A stretch of 64,000 nt of DNA from positions 100,316,001 to 100,380,000 of the forward strand of contig OX597821.1 in NCBI GenBank assembly GCA_951406725.2, in the 5' to 3' direction. This document shows positions 39,168 to 52,691 of the stretch, piece by piece. The stretch is from Octopus vulgaris (lineage: Eukaryota). The translations under genes and the position numbers were made by a program. Under the pieces are notes generated by a model. The model searched no databases. It had not been told where the DNA came from and saw only the letters and a list, made by a program, of their open reading frames with translations. Position 1 is the first letter of the stretch, and each line of letters begins with the position of its first letter.

Positions 39168-39461
39168 ATCACCGTGATCACTGTGAGCGACAAAGCTATC
39201 ATATGTTGCTACGCATCGCTGGTCACAATGCGCTTCGCATTGTTTTAGCCTTTAAATGACGCCACCCCGTTGGTTAAGCGCGCAGGCCAACAGAAGAAAG
39301 AGTGGGAGAAAGTTGTGGCGAAAGAGTACAGCAGGGATCGCAATCCATCCCCTGCCGGAGACTCGTGGAGCTTTAGATGTTTTCGCTCAATAAACACTCA
39401 CAACACCTGGTCTGGGAATCGAAACCGCGATACTACGACCGCGAGTCCGCTGCCCTAACCA
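39168..39461 (-). mobile_element. tRNA-derived SINE family S3
   Basis: Reverse GTGGTTAGGGCAGCGGACTCGCGGTCG..GGTTTCGATTCCC tRNA-like head; second fragment at 60720-60830. Confidence 0.75.
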
Positions 39462-39480
39462 CACATACATATATACATAC

Positions 39481-39548
<68 letters not shown>

Positions 39549-39567
39549 ATGTGTATGTATATGTATC

Positions 39568-39626
<59 letters not shown>

Positions 39627-39910
39627 ATATATATATATATATATATATAAGGATAAGATCAATATTTGAACACCGATCTTATCAGGTGGCCCGCATGGGA
39701 ATACATACCTTTCAAAGGTAATAATTATTATTAAAATTATAATTTAGGGTATCTAAGAGATACCACTGTGGTGGAAATAGCAGTCAAAACGTCACTCTAA
39801 AACCACATTAAATGTTCATACAGCACCAGGAGAGAGAACAAAGAGACAAAATAAACTAGCAAAAAATTATCTATCTATGTGTTCAGCCTTGTGTGACTAA
39901 TAAACGAACA

Positions 39911-39985
<75 letters not shown>

Positions 39986-40000
39986 CTATGTATATATGTA

Positions 40001-41054
40001 TGATTGATTGATTGATTGATTGATTCTAGTTTCAGCTTATGAGCTGTGGCCATGCTGGGGCACCGCCATTTGGTGTTGCTACTTGGTTTCACTTCATGAA
40101 GGCTTTCTAGCAACTGCTATTTGGTGCATGAGAGAGTTCGATGCAGCTGCCCTCATCTGCCCCTCCTGCCGTGAAGTTGGTTCATCTGGGACACCTGACA
40201 GGAAGAGATCCAGCTTCATTTTAAAGACATCTGTATCCACCCCATGCAGGTCTCTTAGGTTCTTCGGGAGGATATTGAAGAGCTGTGGGCCTCGGAAGCC
40301 CAGGCTATCACAGAATCTTGTCCTACATCTTGATGGCAAGTTTGGAGTCCTAGGCACCACGCAGTGGCGCCCAGTTCTGGCATTTGCGTAACTCTCGATG
40401 CCAAAGTTCAGGACACTTCCCTCCAGGATCTTCCAGATGTATATTATGGCATATCTTTCCCGCCTACGCTCTAGGGAATATAATTTTAATCTCTTGAGTC
40501 TTTCCCAGTAGCTTACATTCTGCATAGAGGCTATCTTCTTCGTGTAGCTACGTTGGATCGCCTCGAGCTCTGTGATCAACTTGACACTGGATGGTGACCA
40601 TAACTGAGAGCAGTAGTCAAAGTGGCTTAGGACAAGTGTCCTCCAGAGGACCATTATGGTTTCTTGTTCTCTTGTTCTAAAGGTTCTGAGGATCCATCCG
40701 GCCAGTCGTCTACATTTCATTGCCAATTTAGCAACATGTACACGAAAGGTCGCGTCATCACTCATGTAAATACCTAGGTCACGCACTGATTGTGCCTCTG
40801 GGATTGCTATTCCTCCGGGTCCAGTGTATTCATTGGGTATTGCATTTAGTTTTGCATGCTGATAGTATAGAGCTTGAAACTTTTCAGCATTGAACTGCAT
40901 GCTATTCTTTTCGGCCCACTTGTATATTTTGTCTAGCTCACATTGCAGGTGTTGAGTGTCCTCAGGGTTCTGTATTGCCTGTGAAACTTTTGTATCATCT
41001 GCATAACTTGTGATCGTGGCTCTCTGCGTGGCTGAGGGCATGTCTGAGAGGGCC

Positions 41055-41057
<3 letters not shown>
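40001..41057 (-). mobile_element. 5'-truncated CR1-type LINE with (ATCA)n tail
   Basis: Open frame SYADDTKV..WAEKNSMQFNAEK..VRDLG..LEAIQR..SYWERLKRLKLYSLERRR; short 3' UTR with hairpin and simple-repeat tail. Confidence 0.88.
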
Positions 41058-41110
<53 letters not shown>

Positions 41111-41534
41111 CATGTATGTATGTATATAAATAGATAGATGGAAACACGAAGATTTTTTAAAGACAAGTGCGTACTTGAGTAGGTTGTCACATATTTAAGT
41201 ATACCTAGCTAAAGCAATATTATTGTATACAGATTTAAATATATATAATTGAATTAACACCCATCAATTAGAAGTTTATGGATGTAGACATAGATACAGA
41301 AAGTGTTCTAATTAACCGTGATCGGGTGAACCAATCGATGATATTTTAATTGCAAGCATCACATTTTGCTGACGCAGTGTGTCCAGGACCACAGCATCTT
41401 TTGTAACCGTCTTGGTGAATATAATCTGAGGGTAACTTTCCATCTTTATAATCGGTATATAAAAGATTGCTTGAGGTAATGTGGGTTCTCAATTCAATAT
41501 GTTTTTATATTGATGATGACGATGATGATGATTG

Positions 41535-41568
<34 letters not shown>

Positions 41569-41630
41569 TAAAACTACTGAATAATAATAATAATAATGAT
41601 AATAAAATGCACTGATGCAGTACCAGTAAA

Positions 41631-42186
41631 ATGCCCTGATGCAGTACCAGACAGTGGCCCTCATAGCTCCTGATCTTAACTGATTGGATGTGTTATCATG
41701 TACATTGTTTTCTCTTGGTATAAAAGATGGGCTACAGCAAATATTCTGCTCAATACCACAGATTTGCTTATCAGTTGTTTGACCATAACCAGTTGAGCAT
41801 GTCCCTTAGTTGCTGACGATATGTGCATGCCTGATCACGAGCAGAAGTAGTGGGGGAGCATCATAGCCATGTGTTGAGAAGGATTCTTTGGGGTTTGAAT
41901 AACTCACCTCTGGAAACATGAGTGTTTCGTTCAACATCTTTAAACAACCGTTATTCAGGGATCTTTTGAGCGGGATGGGCTACTCGACTAGTAGAAAATA
42001 CTAACGGGGCCCCAACTGCAAGGTCATGTGCTGTTTATCTTGATATGAGATCATCATGTTGCGCTCATATGGTTGTGATGCATGTGTCTAGTGTACCCTT
42101 ATCATACGGGTAGTCTTAATGGATATACTGGGCTTCATATATTTTACCCCAGTGTCACTTTGATGGTATGCATTGTTCTCTCACTC
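41631..42186 (+). mobile_element. ~557-bp (TAA)n-inserted element, copy 4
   Basis: Matches copy 1; 24-nt duplication of the 5' end at 41603-41626. Confidence 0.85.
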
Positions 42187-42205
42187 AATAATAATAAAAA
42201 TAATG

Positions 42206-42284
<79 letters not shown>

Positions 42285-42393
42285 CCCTGATGCGCACCCA
42301 CATGCACGCACCCCCACCCCACAAGTATACTGTATGTTTGTATGTATGTATGCTTGTATGAGTGTGCTTTTATATATAGATATACATGCATAT

Positions 42394-43205
42394 ACAGGGT
42401 GCAATGTATAAATTTTTTATCTTGCACATGCACATTGTTTTTGATTTTGTCGACTACAGAATATAGTAGGGTCAGTTGGGCACCGTCTGTGACAAAAACA
42501 GCACCATGACGCAATTCACTCTGCCAGAGATTTGGAAATGACATGCTGTACTGCTTGGCATTCGTGCCGTAAGCTCCAATACGAGCACTTCACAGTGTTT
42601 GGGGGTCAATCTGGGACATGTACCGAGAGTGATAAAAATTAAACATCCAGTCAAGATCGTTGTGTTTGAAGTGGTCACTAGTGATGATCACGCTATGTCT
42701 CCATTCGTCTTCCCTCACGGCCTCAGATTCAACACAGGCCTACATCAAGTGCTTGGAGGAGGTAGTGCTGACCTGGCTCAGGAGAGTGGCTGTTGGAAAA
42801 CCCTATGTCTAGCGACAGGACACTGCACCGTGCCACACATTTCATGACTGTCAGTCAGTTTCTGCGACCACATCATTCCTAACATCTGGCCCCAGACTGC
42901 AACCCCCTTCATTATTATGTGTGGGGCACAGTTGAGCGGGAGACCAACAAGACTGCTTGTTACACCAAAGATGAAGTCAAGGCAAGGATCATTCATCAAC
43001 TTAAACAAGGAGACCAGAAGAGTTGCAGGGGATTCCGAATTCGTCTGGAGGCCGTGGTTGAAGCCAAAGACGATTTTATGGAATAAATTTACTCTTTAGT
43101 ATTTTAGGATGTTTTTACGTAATTTTGGTAAATATATCTGTTAAAATTGAATGCCAGTGTTATTTTCATTTTTTCGTAATTTAGACGATAGTTTATTCAC
43201 CGCTG
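42394..43205 (+). mobile_element. Internally deleted, degenerate Tc1/mariner-superfamily (maT/DD37D-like) transposon
   Basis: TA+CAGGGTG left end; KHPVKIVVFEVVTSD..PFVFPHGLR, QDTAPCH, IWP/PDCNPLHYYVWG remnants. Confidence 0.75.
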
Positions 43206-44130
43206 AACATACAGAGTTAATTATCAAGGGAAATATATAGATTAAAAAGTAAATTTAGAGTGAGTGGTCTGCAGTAAGAGGGTTAAAACAATCACAGTAT
43301 CATATTCTATTTGAACGTTTCAATGAGTTTAAATTGAAGAACAAACTGGGAGCAAAAGAAACACAGAATAGTGTAATGGAAATAAAGAACTGCAAGGAAA
43401 ATTTAGCAAACTAAAGCTAATTGATATCTGAGGAAATTGAAATATAACAACGAAGATGGATTTTTCAAAAAATATATAGGGAAGCCATAAACGTAGTTAA
43501 AATAGCTTCTCTGCAATGAAAATGAAAAAAAGAAGATCAATGAAGAAAAAATGTTAAATTTAAAGAAAATTTACATATCATATGGTTTTCAATGTGTTTA
43601 ATTAGAGGATTAAGATGCGTAAAGGAAAGTATAGAAGCGAAACAATATAACACTATTAAGCAGTAAGCCGCACACGAGGTTGGCTAAACACAGCAGGTAA
43701 TCGAAATATTAAGAAAACCTATTGTTATATAACGAAATAGAATTATGACATAATTCGGCGCAAAATTATCAAGACTTCTCAATGAAGACTGAGTATTTTA
43801 AAATGCATAAAAGAAAAACAGTCTTAAGCTTATAGCAACACAACTAGTATAGTTTTTGTTTTGACGAAAATGTATGAATTTAAAAATATTTCTTTCATTG
43901 ATAAGGCGGAGTTTCTAATTTCGTTGCTCAACCGGCAAGGAGTAACATGTGAATACATACACACAGACATACATACATGCATACATACATGATAACACAT
44001 ACATGTATGCATGTATGTATACATGTATACGTGTATACATATATACATATATACATGTATGCATTTATACATGGATGAAAGTATATATACGTATGTGTAT
44101 ATATGTATAGATAGATAAATAGATAGGTAA

Positions 44131-44169
<39 letters not shown>

Positions 44170-44488
44170 CATACATACATACATACATACATACATACAT
44201 ACATACATACATACATACATACATGCCGTTCTGATAAAACGCATGTTAGAACAAAATTGGTAGGCTTCCCTAACGGTTTTACGTTTGAGAATTACAGATT
44301 CGGATTAGGATAACTTCATAATATTACATAGGAATGTCTTCTTTTTTCTGTCGAGGGATTATAGGCCCCTTTATTACAATATTTTCCTTAGTCATTGGAC
44401 GGTGATCGCCATACCCTTTAAGCTTATATAAAAATACCATTATTATTATTTACAGGCGCCATATAAAGAAACCTTTCGCCCCGAAAGC

Positions 44489-44562
<74 letters not shown>

Positions 44563-44642
44563 CAGTATGTGTGTGTGTGTTAGTGTGTGTGCGTGCGTGT
44601 GTCTGTGTGTATATATATATATTTATATATATATATATATAT

Positions 44643-44818
44643 ATAAGGGTGTCGCGAAAGGCCTGGTTAACGGTCCAACCTTCCGAGTTTTTTTACAGGG
44701 CTTAGAAAAACTGAAAGACTGCTGCAATGAGAGTGTGAATCTCAGAGGGAATAATGTTGAATAAAATCATAACTGTCCTCTACTATTTTCATTTACCCAA
44801 AGTCAGCATCTCCTCGTA
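44643..44818 (+). mobile_element. Mariner-derived MITE-like remnant
   Basis: WLTVQPSEFF/QGLEKLKDCCNESVNLRGNNVE* is mariner C-terminus-like; ends CTCCTCGTA. Confidence 0.6.
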
Positions 44819-44873
44819 ACCACACACGTGCAGCTCGTGAAATTTGTTTCCTTATCTAGATTTTTCCGTTTTC

Positions 44874-44908
44874 TTTTCTGACGAAGAGCTAAGCTCGAAA
44901 CGTTAAAA
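44874..44908 (+). ncRNA. Minimal type I hammerhead with canonical core
   Basis: UUUU CUGACGA A GAGC UAA GCUC GAA ACGU U AAAA; repeat runs on to (TA)n at ~45040. Confidence 0.65.
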
Positions 44909-45036
44909 ACTCACTCTTTTTTTCACCTTTCCTGGGCGTCAAACTAATACATACCATCGGTACTTTCTTTTGTTGTTTTGTTACTGTTATTTTTAATGTT
45001 CGATTGTTAAGTTTCAACTTTTAATATTCGATTTGA

Positions 45037-45081
<45 letters not shown>

Positions 45082-45451
45082 GACAGGCACGCACACGCAC
45101 ACATTATATCTATATATATTTAGATATCTTTTATATCTATTCGTTCCATGCGACTGCAGTCATACAAGAACACTACCTTTACCCACATTTGTCTCATTTG
45201 GGTGATTTCTTCAAGATGGTGAGATTTCATATCACCACTCCTGCCTATGCTTTTATTTTGCTTTGAAGAATAAAGTTACATTGCCGTCGTCGATGTTTTT
45301 CTTAAGCCGCACACCAGTCGTGATCGTGCAGACATGAGAAAATACGTTACAATTCAATTCAACTTAATGTTTTTTTCTCACTCACATATAATGTATCCTG
45401 AATCACACTACGTAATGCTATCCTACACAATGCTATTTATTAAGGTGTTGC

Positions 45452-45482
<31 letters not shown>

Positions 45483-45557
45483 TGCTTCCCAACAACACGG
45501 TCCTCTGCTGCAACCTCAGGTGACCCAAGCGTTGTGAGAGCATATGTTCGAAGCCAG

Positions 45558-45620
<63 letters not shown>

Positions 45621-46364
45621 TATGAATGAGTGTGTATATATAGACATATATACACACATACACACATACATGTATAAATATATACATATATATATATACG
45701 CATATATATGCATATGTATGTATGTATGTATGTATGTGTTATATACAGAAATTAAATTAGCTCTATTTTGGTATTTCCTTGGCCTATGTAAAAACAATGG
45801 CAAAGCTATTTTTATAAATTTTATATGAAATTCGGCTGACAGTACATTTGGTATATCACCGGCATCACCGACACCATTTTTATCACCACCATCTTATTGC
45901 AATAGTGTGACTTTCGTGGTCTAACGCCTCTTCACTCAATGAATGCATTAAACCATGTAGAACAATGTTACCAATAAAAAAACACATCGATAATTTAAGA
46001 GGTTATAAACATTCCTTTGAAGTAAATAAATGGTAACGAAGAAATAACATGTAAAATGGGAATTGAAAAAACAAAATGGCGAATATATAGTAAAGGAGGA
46101 GATTTCTTTTAGCTGCTTTTCTTATCGTTCCTTTAATTTAGTTGTAATAAATGAAAGCAGGAAAAATATAAAAATTAGACTTAAGTGATAAAAATGTGCT
46201 GAAATAAGCAGATTATTTCGGTAATCTATTATAATCTCTTAAAAATTGTTTAGCAAGAATGAAATTGATTACATCGCTGTCGTACAATATTCATAAGCGT
46301 AGACATGCTCTAACACATATATATACATACTCACAAAAATACACACAGACACATATACTTAGAT

Positions 46365-46397
<33 letters not shown>

Positions 46398-46748
46398 AAT
46401 ATATGCATGTATGTATATATATATATATATATATATAAATATATATATATGTATATATATATATAAATATATATATATGTATATGTATATATATATATAT
46501 GGAAAACAGTCAAGGTAGAAGATGCTAAAATAATTTTATAAAAAAATTTTCAGTACCGTTTTCAGTCATTGAGACTTTTTCAACTGTAATTATGGAAAAC
46601 AATTAAATTTGGGAATAATTAAGAGAAGTTTTTTAAAAGACTATTTGCATGGTATTCAAATACAAAAGGCATTTTCCTTGTCTCTGCCTGTTTCTGTATC
46701 TCTTGTTTACTCTTGTAGGTTCCAGATCGTTGTGAATTCTTGGCAGGG

Positions 46749-46990
46749 AAGAAGAAGAAGAAGAAGAAGAAGAAGAAGAAGAAGAAGAAGAAGAAGGAGG
46801 AGCAGGAGCAGGGAGAAGAAGAAGAAGAAGAAGAAGAAGAAGAAGAAGAAGAAAAAGAAGGAGAAGAAGAACAAGAACAAGAAGAAGGAGGAGGAAGGGT
46901 AGGAGAAGGAGAAAAGAAGAAGAAGAAGAAGAAGAAGAAGAAGAAGAAGAAGAAGAAGAAGAAGAAGAAGAAGAAGAAGAAGGTGGAGGA
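46749..46990. repeat. (GAA/GGA)n tract inside the Penelope-like element
   Basis: Direct. Confidence 0.9.
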
Positions 46991-47399
46991 GAATAATGCG
47001 GGAGTGCCACGATAGTAGTAGGATGTTAAATGGTCAAGTGCTCTGAAAGTGACCCGTTGCGGATAGTAGTAGTGATTGAATTCTTGAGACATCTTTTGAA
47101 TGCATTGTTTATAAAATTTGCGTAGGTGTTATTCTGAATAGTGGTAAAGTTAGGAAGGAGGTGGCGGAGAGAAAGAAGACGAAGAAGAAGGAGAAAGAGA
47201 AGAGAGAATAAGAAAGGAATGTAAGTGGTATGATAGTAGTAGGATGTTAAATGGTCAAGTGACCTAAAAGTGACTCCTTATAGATTATAGAAGTGATTGG
47301 GACTGTTTTTTAATGAATTCTTGGGAATCCACGAGAGTATCATTTTTAATATTTGCGTGTTTGCGTTATTCTAAGGCCGTGGTGGATATGTCGTTTGTT

Positions 47400-47905
47400 G
47401 TAGATGCTTTCGAAAGGGGTCTGTATTTTGTAATATAGAAAGTCTCTTTACTATTTCGTTGGCCACAGGTTGTATCGTCCCTGAATTGGTGGAGGGGAGA
47501 AATTCTGAAGCTTGGATTTTTGTCATTGGTGCTAAATGTCGATGTGTTGGCTGAATACTATTTTTCTGTCTTGGGTAATTTTGATCTGGGATCTGTGCAT
47601 AGCCATCGTTTTACGTAGACTGTTTTTTGTTTGGCCTATGTATTGCTCTTGACACCCAGAGCAGGTCAGTGCGTATATCAGGTTCTCCGAAGCACATGTG
47701 AAGCTGCTTTTCACTGTGAAACGATGTCCCTGTTTGAAGGAGAACTCTGATCCCTCAATTAAATTGACACATATCCCAAAGTTGGGTCTTCTACATTTTT
47801 TTACTGACGCCTTCTGTGTTGTTGTTGAGCATATTCGGGGTTGTTTTAGGAGACTTTTCATAGATTTGGGCTGTCTCTTGCTTTTTATGATGGTGTGTGT
47901 TTGGA
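47400..47905 (-). pseudogene. GIY-YIG endonuclease remnant with Cys-rich linker (Penelope-like, possibly Neptune type)
   Basis: KCRRPNFGIC..FTCASENLIYALTCSGCQEQYIGQTKNSLRKTMAMHR..HID; later KETFYITKYRP; stops and frameshifts. Confidence 0.8.
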
Positions 47906-48930
47906 GGATTAAGCCCTTCTATCACGAATAATTTTTTGATGCGATGCTGGAGTTCGTTGGCGTAATTCTCTGGCCAGAATTGAATTGCCTCTATTCCTAG
48001 GTTGTTGGAGGATATTGGAATAGAGGTTGACTACATCGAAGGATACTTGTAGGGTGTTTTTGTTTATTATTGCAGGAAGGTGTTTCATTTGGTATGTTGT
48101 GAGAGTATTGATCCCATATGCTGTCTCGTTTGATTCGCGTTGTTAGAGAAAAATGTTCTAATTGTTTCGCATAAGTTTTCAAGGTTTTCGACGATGTCGA
48201 AGGTTGTATTTTTCGTATCGATTTCCTCATTGTTCTCTCGATTGGGTTGATGTGTCGAGTCGAATTTGTTCAAAAACGTTAACAGATTTGTGTTGATTTT
48301 CTTGAGTACTTTCAGTATTTCTTCATTTATGGTGGTGATTGTGTCTGTTTTTCTCGGCATTTTCTGTATCTCGTGTGGGGTAATGATATGTAGAAGGTTG
48401 AAAAGGAACATACGAGTTGATATATATATAGAAAAAAGTCAAGGTAGAAAATGCTAAAATATATTTTATAAAAAGCATTTCAGTACCGGTTTCAGTCATT
48501 GAGATTTTTTCAAATCTAAGTATGGAAAACACACATATACACACACAGACATATATATATGTATATGCATATATATGTACATATATATACATATATATAC
48601 ATATATGTACATATATATACATATATATATTTAGATATACATATGTATGTATATATATATATATATATAATGTAATAAATAAAATATATGCATACATACA
48701 AACATATATGTACGTACCTACATCTACATGTATATATATATGCATATATAAATATATATACGTAAGTACAGGACACCACAAAAAGACGTAGAACTCAACA
48801 GAAACGAAAACGGAAAAGCCATTTTTTTACAACAGAAAGACAGAGACGTGGAACAGGACGAGAACGAAAACAGGAAAAGCATTATTTACAACAGAAAAAC
48901 AAGGTACAGGACAAGCTACACAAGGAAAAT

Positions 48931-48990
48931 CCCCAATCATCAGCTGTCGCTAGTAGACTTAAGCGTGTTTCGAAGGCAAGACAGGACACG
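48931..48990 (-). ncRNA. Candidate non-circularly permuted hammerhead in repeat ~48765-49320
   Basis: CGUGU C CUGUC UUG CCUUC GAA ACACG [15 nt] GACAG CUGAUGA UU GGGG. Confidence 0.6.
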
Positions 48991-49438
48991 ACTCGTCAAT
49001 ACTAGGAATTCCTGCGAGAGAATTAAAATAAAATAACCTCGCAGAGGGGTAAAACAAGCACGAAAAAAATGTAACACAAACAGGACGTAACAATAAAACT
49101 GCGCAATAAAATACAAGATAAAAATACATGTACAAGAAAATATAAAACGAGAAATAAAATACAATACGAGAAATCAAAATAAACAAGAAAACAAACAAGA
49201 AAAGCAAACGAAAAGGCCTTTGTTCTGGCTGGGACGGAAGAGGTTCTGGCAAGCGCATGGAAACATGACTTTACGGTTTGAAAGCAGCGTGCAAAAGGAT
49301 TAGCAGTGACAAAAGTGAGGAGGAGTTAGAGAGAGAGAGATAGAGGAAGACGCGCGGCTGAGAGAGAGATGAGGAAGAGGGAGAGAGAGGGGAAGGTAAA
49401 GCAAATATATATATATATACACACATATATATATGCAC

Positions 49439-49845
<407 letters not shown>

Positions 49846-50026
49846 GACTGATCGATTAATTGATTAATTGACTGATTGACTAACTGGTACATGCGTATAT
49901 GAATATATAGAACTTTGTGCGCGTGTCTATATAGTTTTGTCTATATATTCTCTATATGCATTTTTATGCATACGTCTAAATGTATATTTACATATATGTA
50001 CACACACATGTATACGTACATATGTT

Positions 50027-50078
<52 letters not shown>

Positions 50079-50164
50079 GTGTGTGTGTGTGTATATGTAC
50101 GTATATGTATAAATACATATTGTATTATACATATATATATGAACATTTATATACCTATATCTTA

Positions 50165-50209
<45 letters not shown>

Positions 50210-50276
50210 ATATATGCGCGTATGTATGTATGAATACACATATATATATGCGCGTTTAATATATGAATGTATTATG

Positions 50277-50313
<37 letters not shown>

Positions 50314-50679
50314 GTATATATGTTATATATATATATATATATATATGCAGCCGACACTGTTGAACGCTTCCCATGTCACTGGAAGGCGTGCTGTTTTGAG
50401 CATTTGCTCCAATAAAATGTTTAACTTTGCCGTGTTATCATCTTGTTTGCCGAACAGTATTCAATGACATCTACAGGAAAAAAACTGTTCTGCGCTAATC
50501 ATTTAAAATATTTTCTGACGATGAATACTTGTACACGTTCAGAAAAAGATAAAAAAAAATTATGAAAAATTAAAAAATGTATAATATAAAAAGAAATATT
50601 GGTAGAATACTTCCTTGGAAACTTCCATTATAAATATATGGGACAAAAGAAAGAAAAAAACTTATATAATGTTGCACAG

Positions 50680-50835
50680 TTTGCTTTGGTAGTAGATGAG
50701 AATATTTCATTCAAAATCAGCGAGGAAAAGAACTGCTACAGAAAACTGCTTCAAAACCTACTGAGTCTCTATCCAGGTTATATAATTAAATTTGCACATG
50801 TATTTGCTGGTACTTTGCTCTATGTTATTTATTAA
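50680..50835 (+). pseudogene. Highly degenerate RLE fragment related to family D
   Basis: VDENISFKISEEKNCYRKLLQNLLSLYPGY..VFAGTLLYVI resembles 38000-38050. Confidence 0.4.
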
Positions 50836-50991
50836 TCTTTAAAAAGTAGATGGCGTTTTCAGGCAAAAGAAGAAATTATGCAATACTTACCCTGCAAATT
50901 GAATCTTAAAAAGAAAAAAGTGTAGATATAGGAGACTAATAACACCACAAACAACACCACGACGACGACGACGACGACGACGACCACCACC

Positions 50992-51034
<43 letters not shown>

Positions 51035-51052
51035 TTACTACTACTATCATTA

Positions 51053-51190
51053 TCAAATTCCACCGAGGTCGACTTTGCCTTTCATCCTTTCGGGATCGAT
51101 AAATGAAATACCAGTGAAACATTGGGGTCGATGAAATCGACTAGTTCCCTTCCCCAAATTTCAGACCTTGTGCCTATAGTAGAAAGGATT
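51053..51190 (+). mobile_element. SINE S2 3' part
   Basis: GAGGTCGACTTTGCCTTTCATCCTTTC..CCTTGTGCCTATAGTAGAAAGGATT. Confidence 0.8.
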
Positions 51191-51191
51191 A

Positions 51192-51307
<116 letters not shown>

Positions 51308-51340
51308 GTTGTTGTTGTTATTATTATTATTATTATTATT

Positions 51341-51892
51341 GAGTGAGAGAGCAGTGCATGCCATCAAAGTAAAATATACGCATCCCAGTATACCCATCAT
51401 GAATACCCGTCTGATAAGGGTACACCAGGCACAAGCATCACAACCAACTGCGCACGACATGGTAATCCCATATCAATATAAACACCACATGACCTTGCAG
51501 GTGGGGCCCAGTTACAATTTTCTTCTGGTCGAGTAGCTCATCCCGCTCAAAAGGTCCATGAATAAGGCTTGTTTAAAGATGTTGAACGAAACACCCATGT
51601 TTCCAGAGGTGAATTATTCAAACCCCAAAGAATCCCTCTCAACACATGGTTATGATGCTCTCCCTCTACTTCTGCTTGTTATGAGAGATGCACATATCGT
51701 CAGCCACTAATGGACATAGTCAACTGGTTAAGGTCAAACAACTGACAAGCACATCTGTGGTGTTGTGCAGAATATTTGCTGTAGCCCATCTACAAATAAA
51801 AAATACCAAGACAACACAATATACATGATAACACTTCCAATCAGTTAGGATCGGCAGCCATGAGAGCCACTGCCTCGTACTGCATCAGAGAA
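51341..51892 (-). mobile_element. ~557-bp (TAA)n-inserted element, copy 5
   Basis: Reverse complement of copy 1. Confidence 0.85.
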
Positions 51893-51932
51893 TTTTATTA
51901 TTATTTTTTTCTTTATTATTATTATTATTATT

Positions 51933-52470
51933 GAGTGAGAGAGCAGTGCATGCCATCAAAGTGACACTGGGGTAAAATATACGAAGCCCAGCATACCCAT
52001 CATGACTACCAGTCTGATAAAGGTACACCAGGCACATGCATCACAACCATATGTGCGCGACATGGTGATCTCATATCAAGATAAACAGCACATGACCTTG
52101 CAGGTGGGGGCCCAGTTAGAATTTTCTTCAGGTCGAGTAGCCCATCCTGCTCAAAAGTTCCCTGAATAAGGGTTGCTTTAGGAAGTTGAACGAAACACCT
52201 ATGTTTCCAGAGGTGAATTATTCAAACCCCAAAGAATCCCTCTCAACACATGGCTATGATGCTCCCCCACTACTTCTGCTCGTGATCAGAGATGCACTTA
52301 TTGTCAGCCACTAAGGGACATGCTCAACTGGTTACGGTCAAACAACTGACAAGCAAATCTGTGGTATTGAGCAGAATATTTGCTGTAGCCCATCTTTTAT
52401 ACCAAGACAAAACAATGTACATGATGACACTTCCAATCAGAACAATGTACATGATGACACTTCCAATCAG

Positions 52471-52473
<3 letters not shown>
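51933..52473 (-). mobile_element. ~557-bp element, copy 6 (5'-truncated, 30-nt junction duplication)
   Basis: 52411-52440 repeated at 52441-52470. Confidence 0.85.
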
Positions 52474-52502
<29 letters not shown>

Positions 52503-52510
52503 TATTATTA

Positions 52511-52600
<90 letters not shown>

Positions 52601-52637
52601 TTATTATTATTATTAATATTATTATTATTATTATTAC

Positions 52638-52689
<52 letters not shown>

Positions 52690-52691
<2 letters not shown>

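Larger units (their letters stand above)
46507..48516 (-). mobile_element. Penelope-like element, RT-deleted, with direct pseudo-LTRs
   Basis: pLTR copies at 46507-46745 and 48436-48516, each with the hammerhead motif; GIY-YIG remnant; (TA)n flanks. Confidence 0.8.

Noticed and set aside
39745-39790. Possible hammerhead in a (TA)n-adjacent insert (..CCACTGTGGTGGAAATAGCAGTC)
   Set aside because: No CUGANGA core and no stem I.
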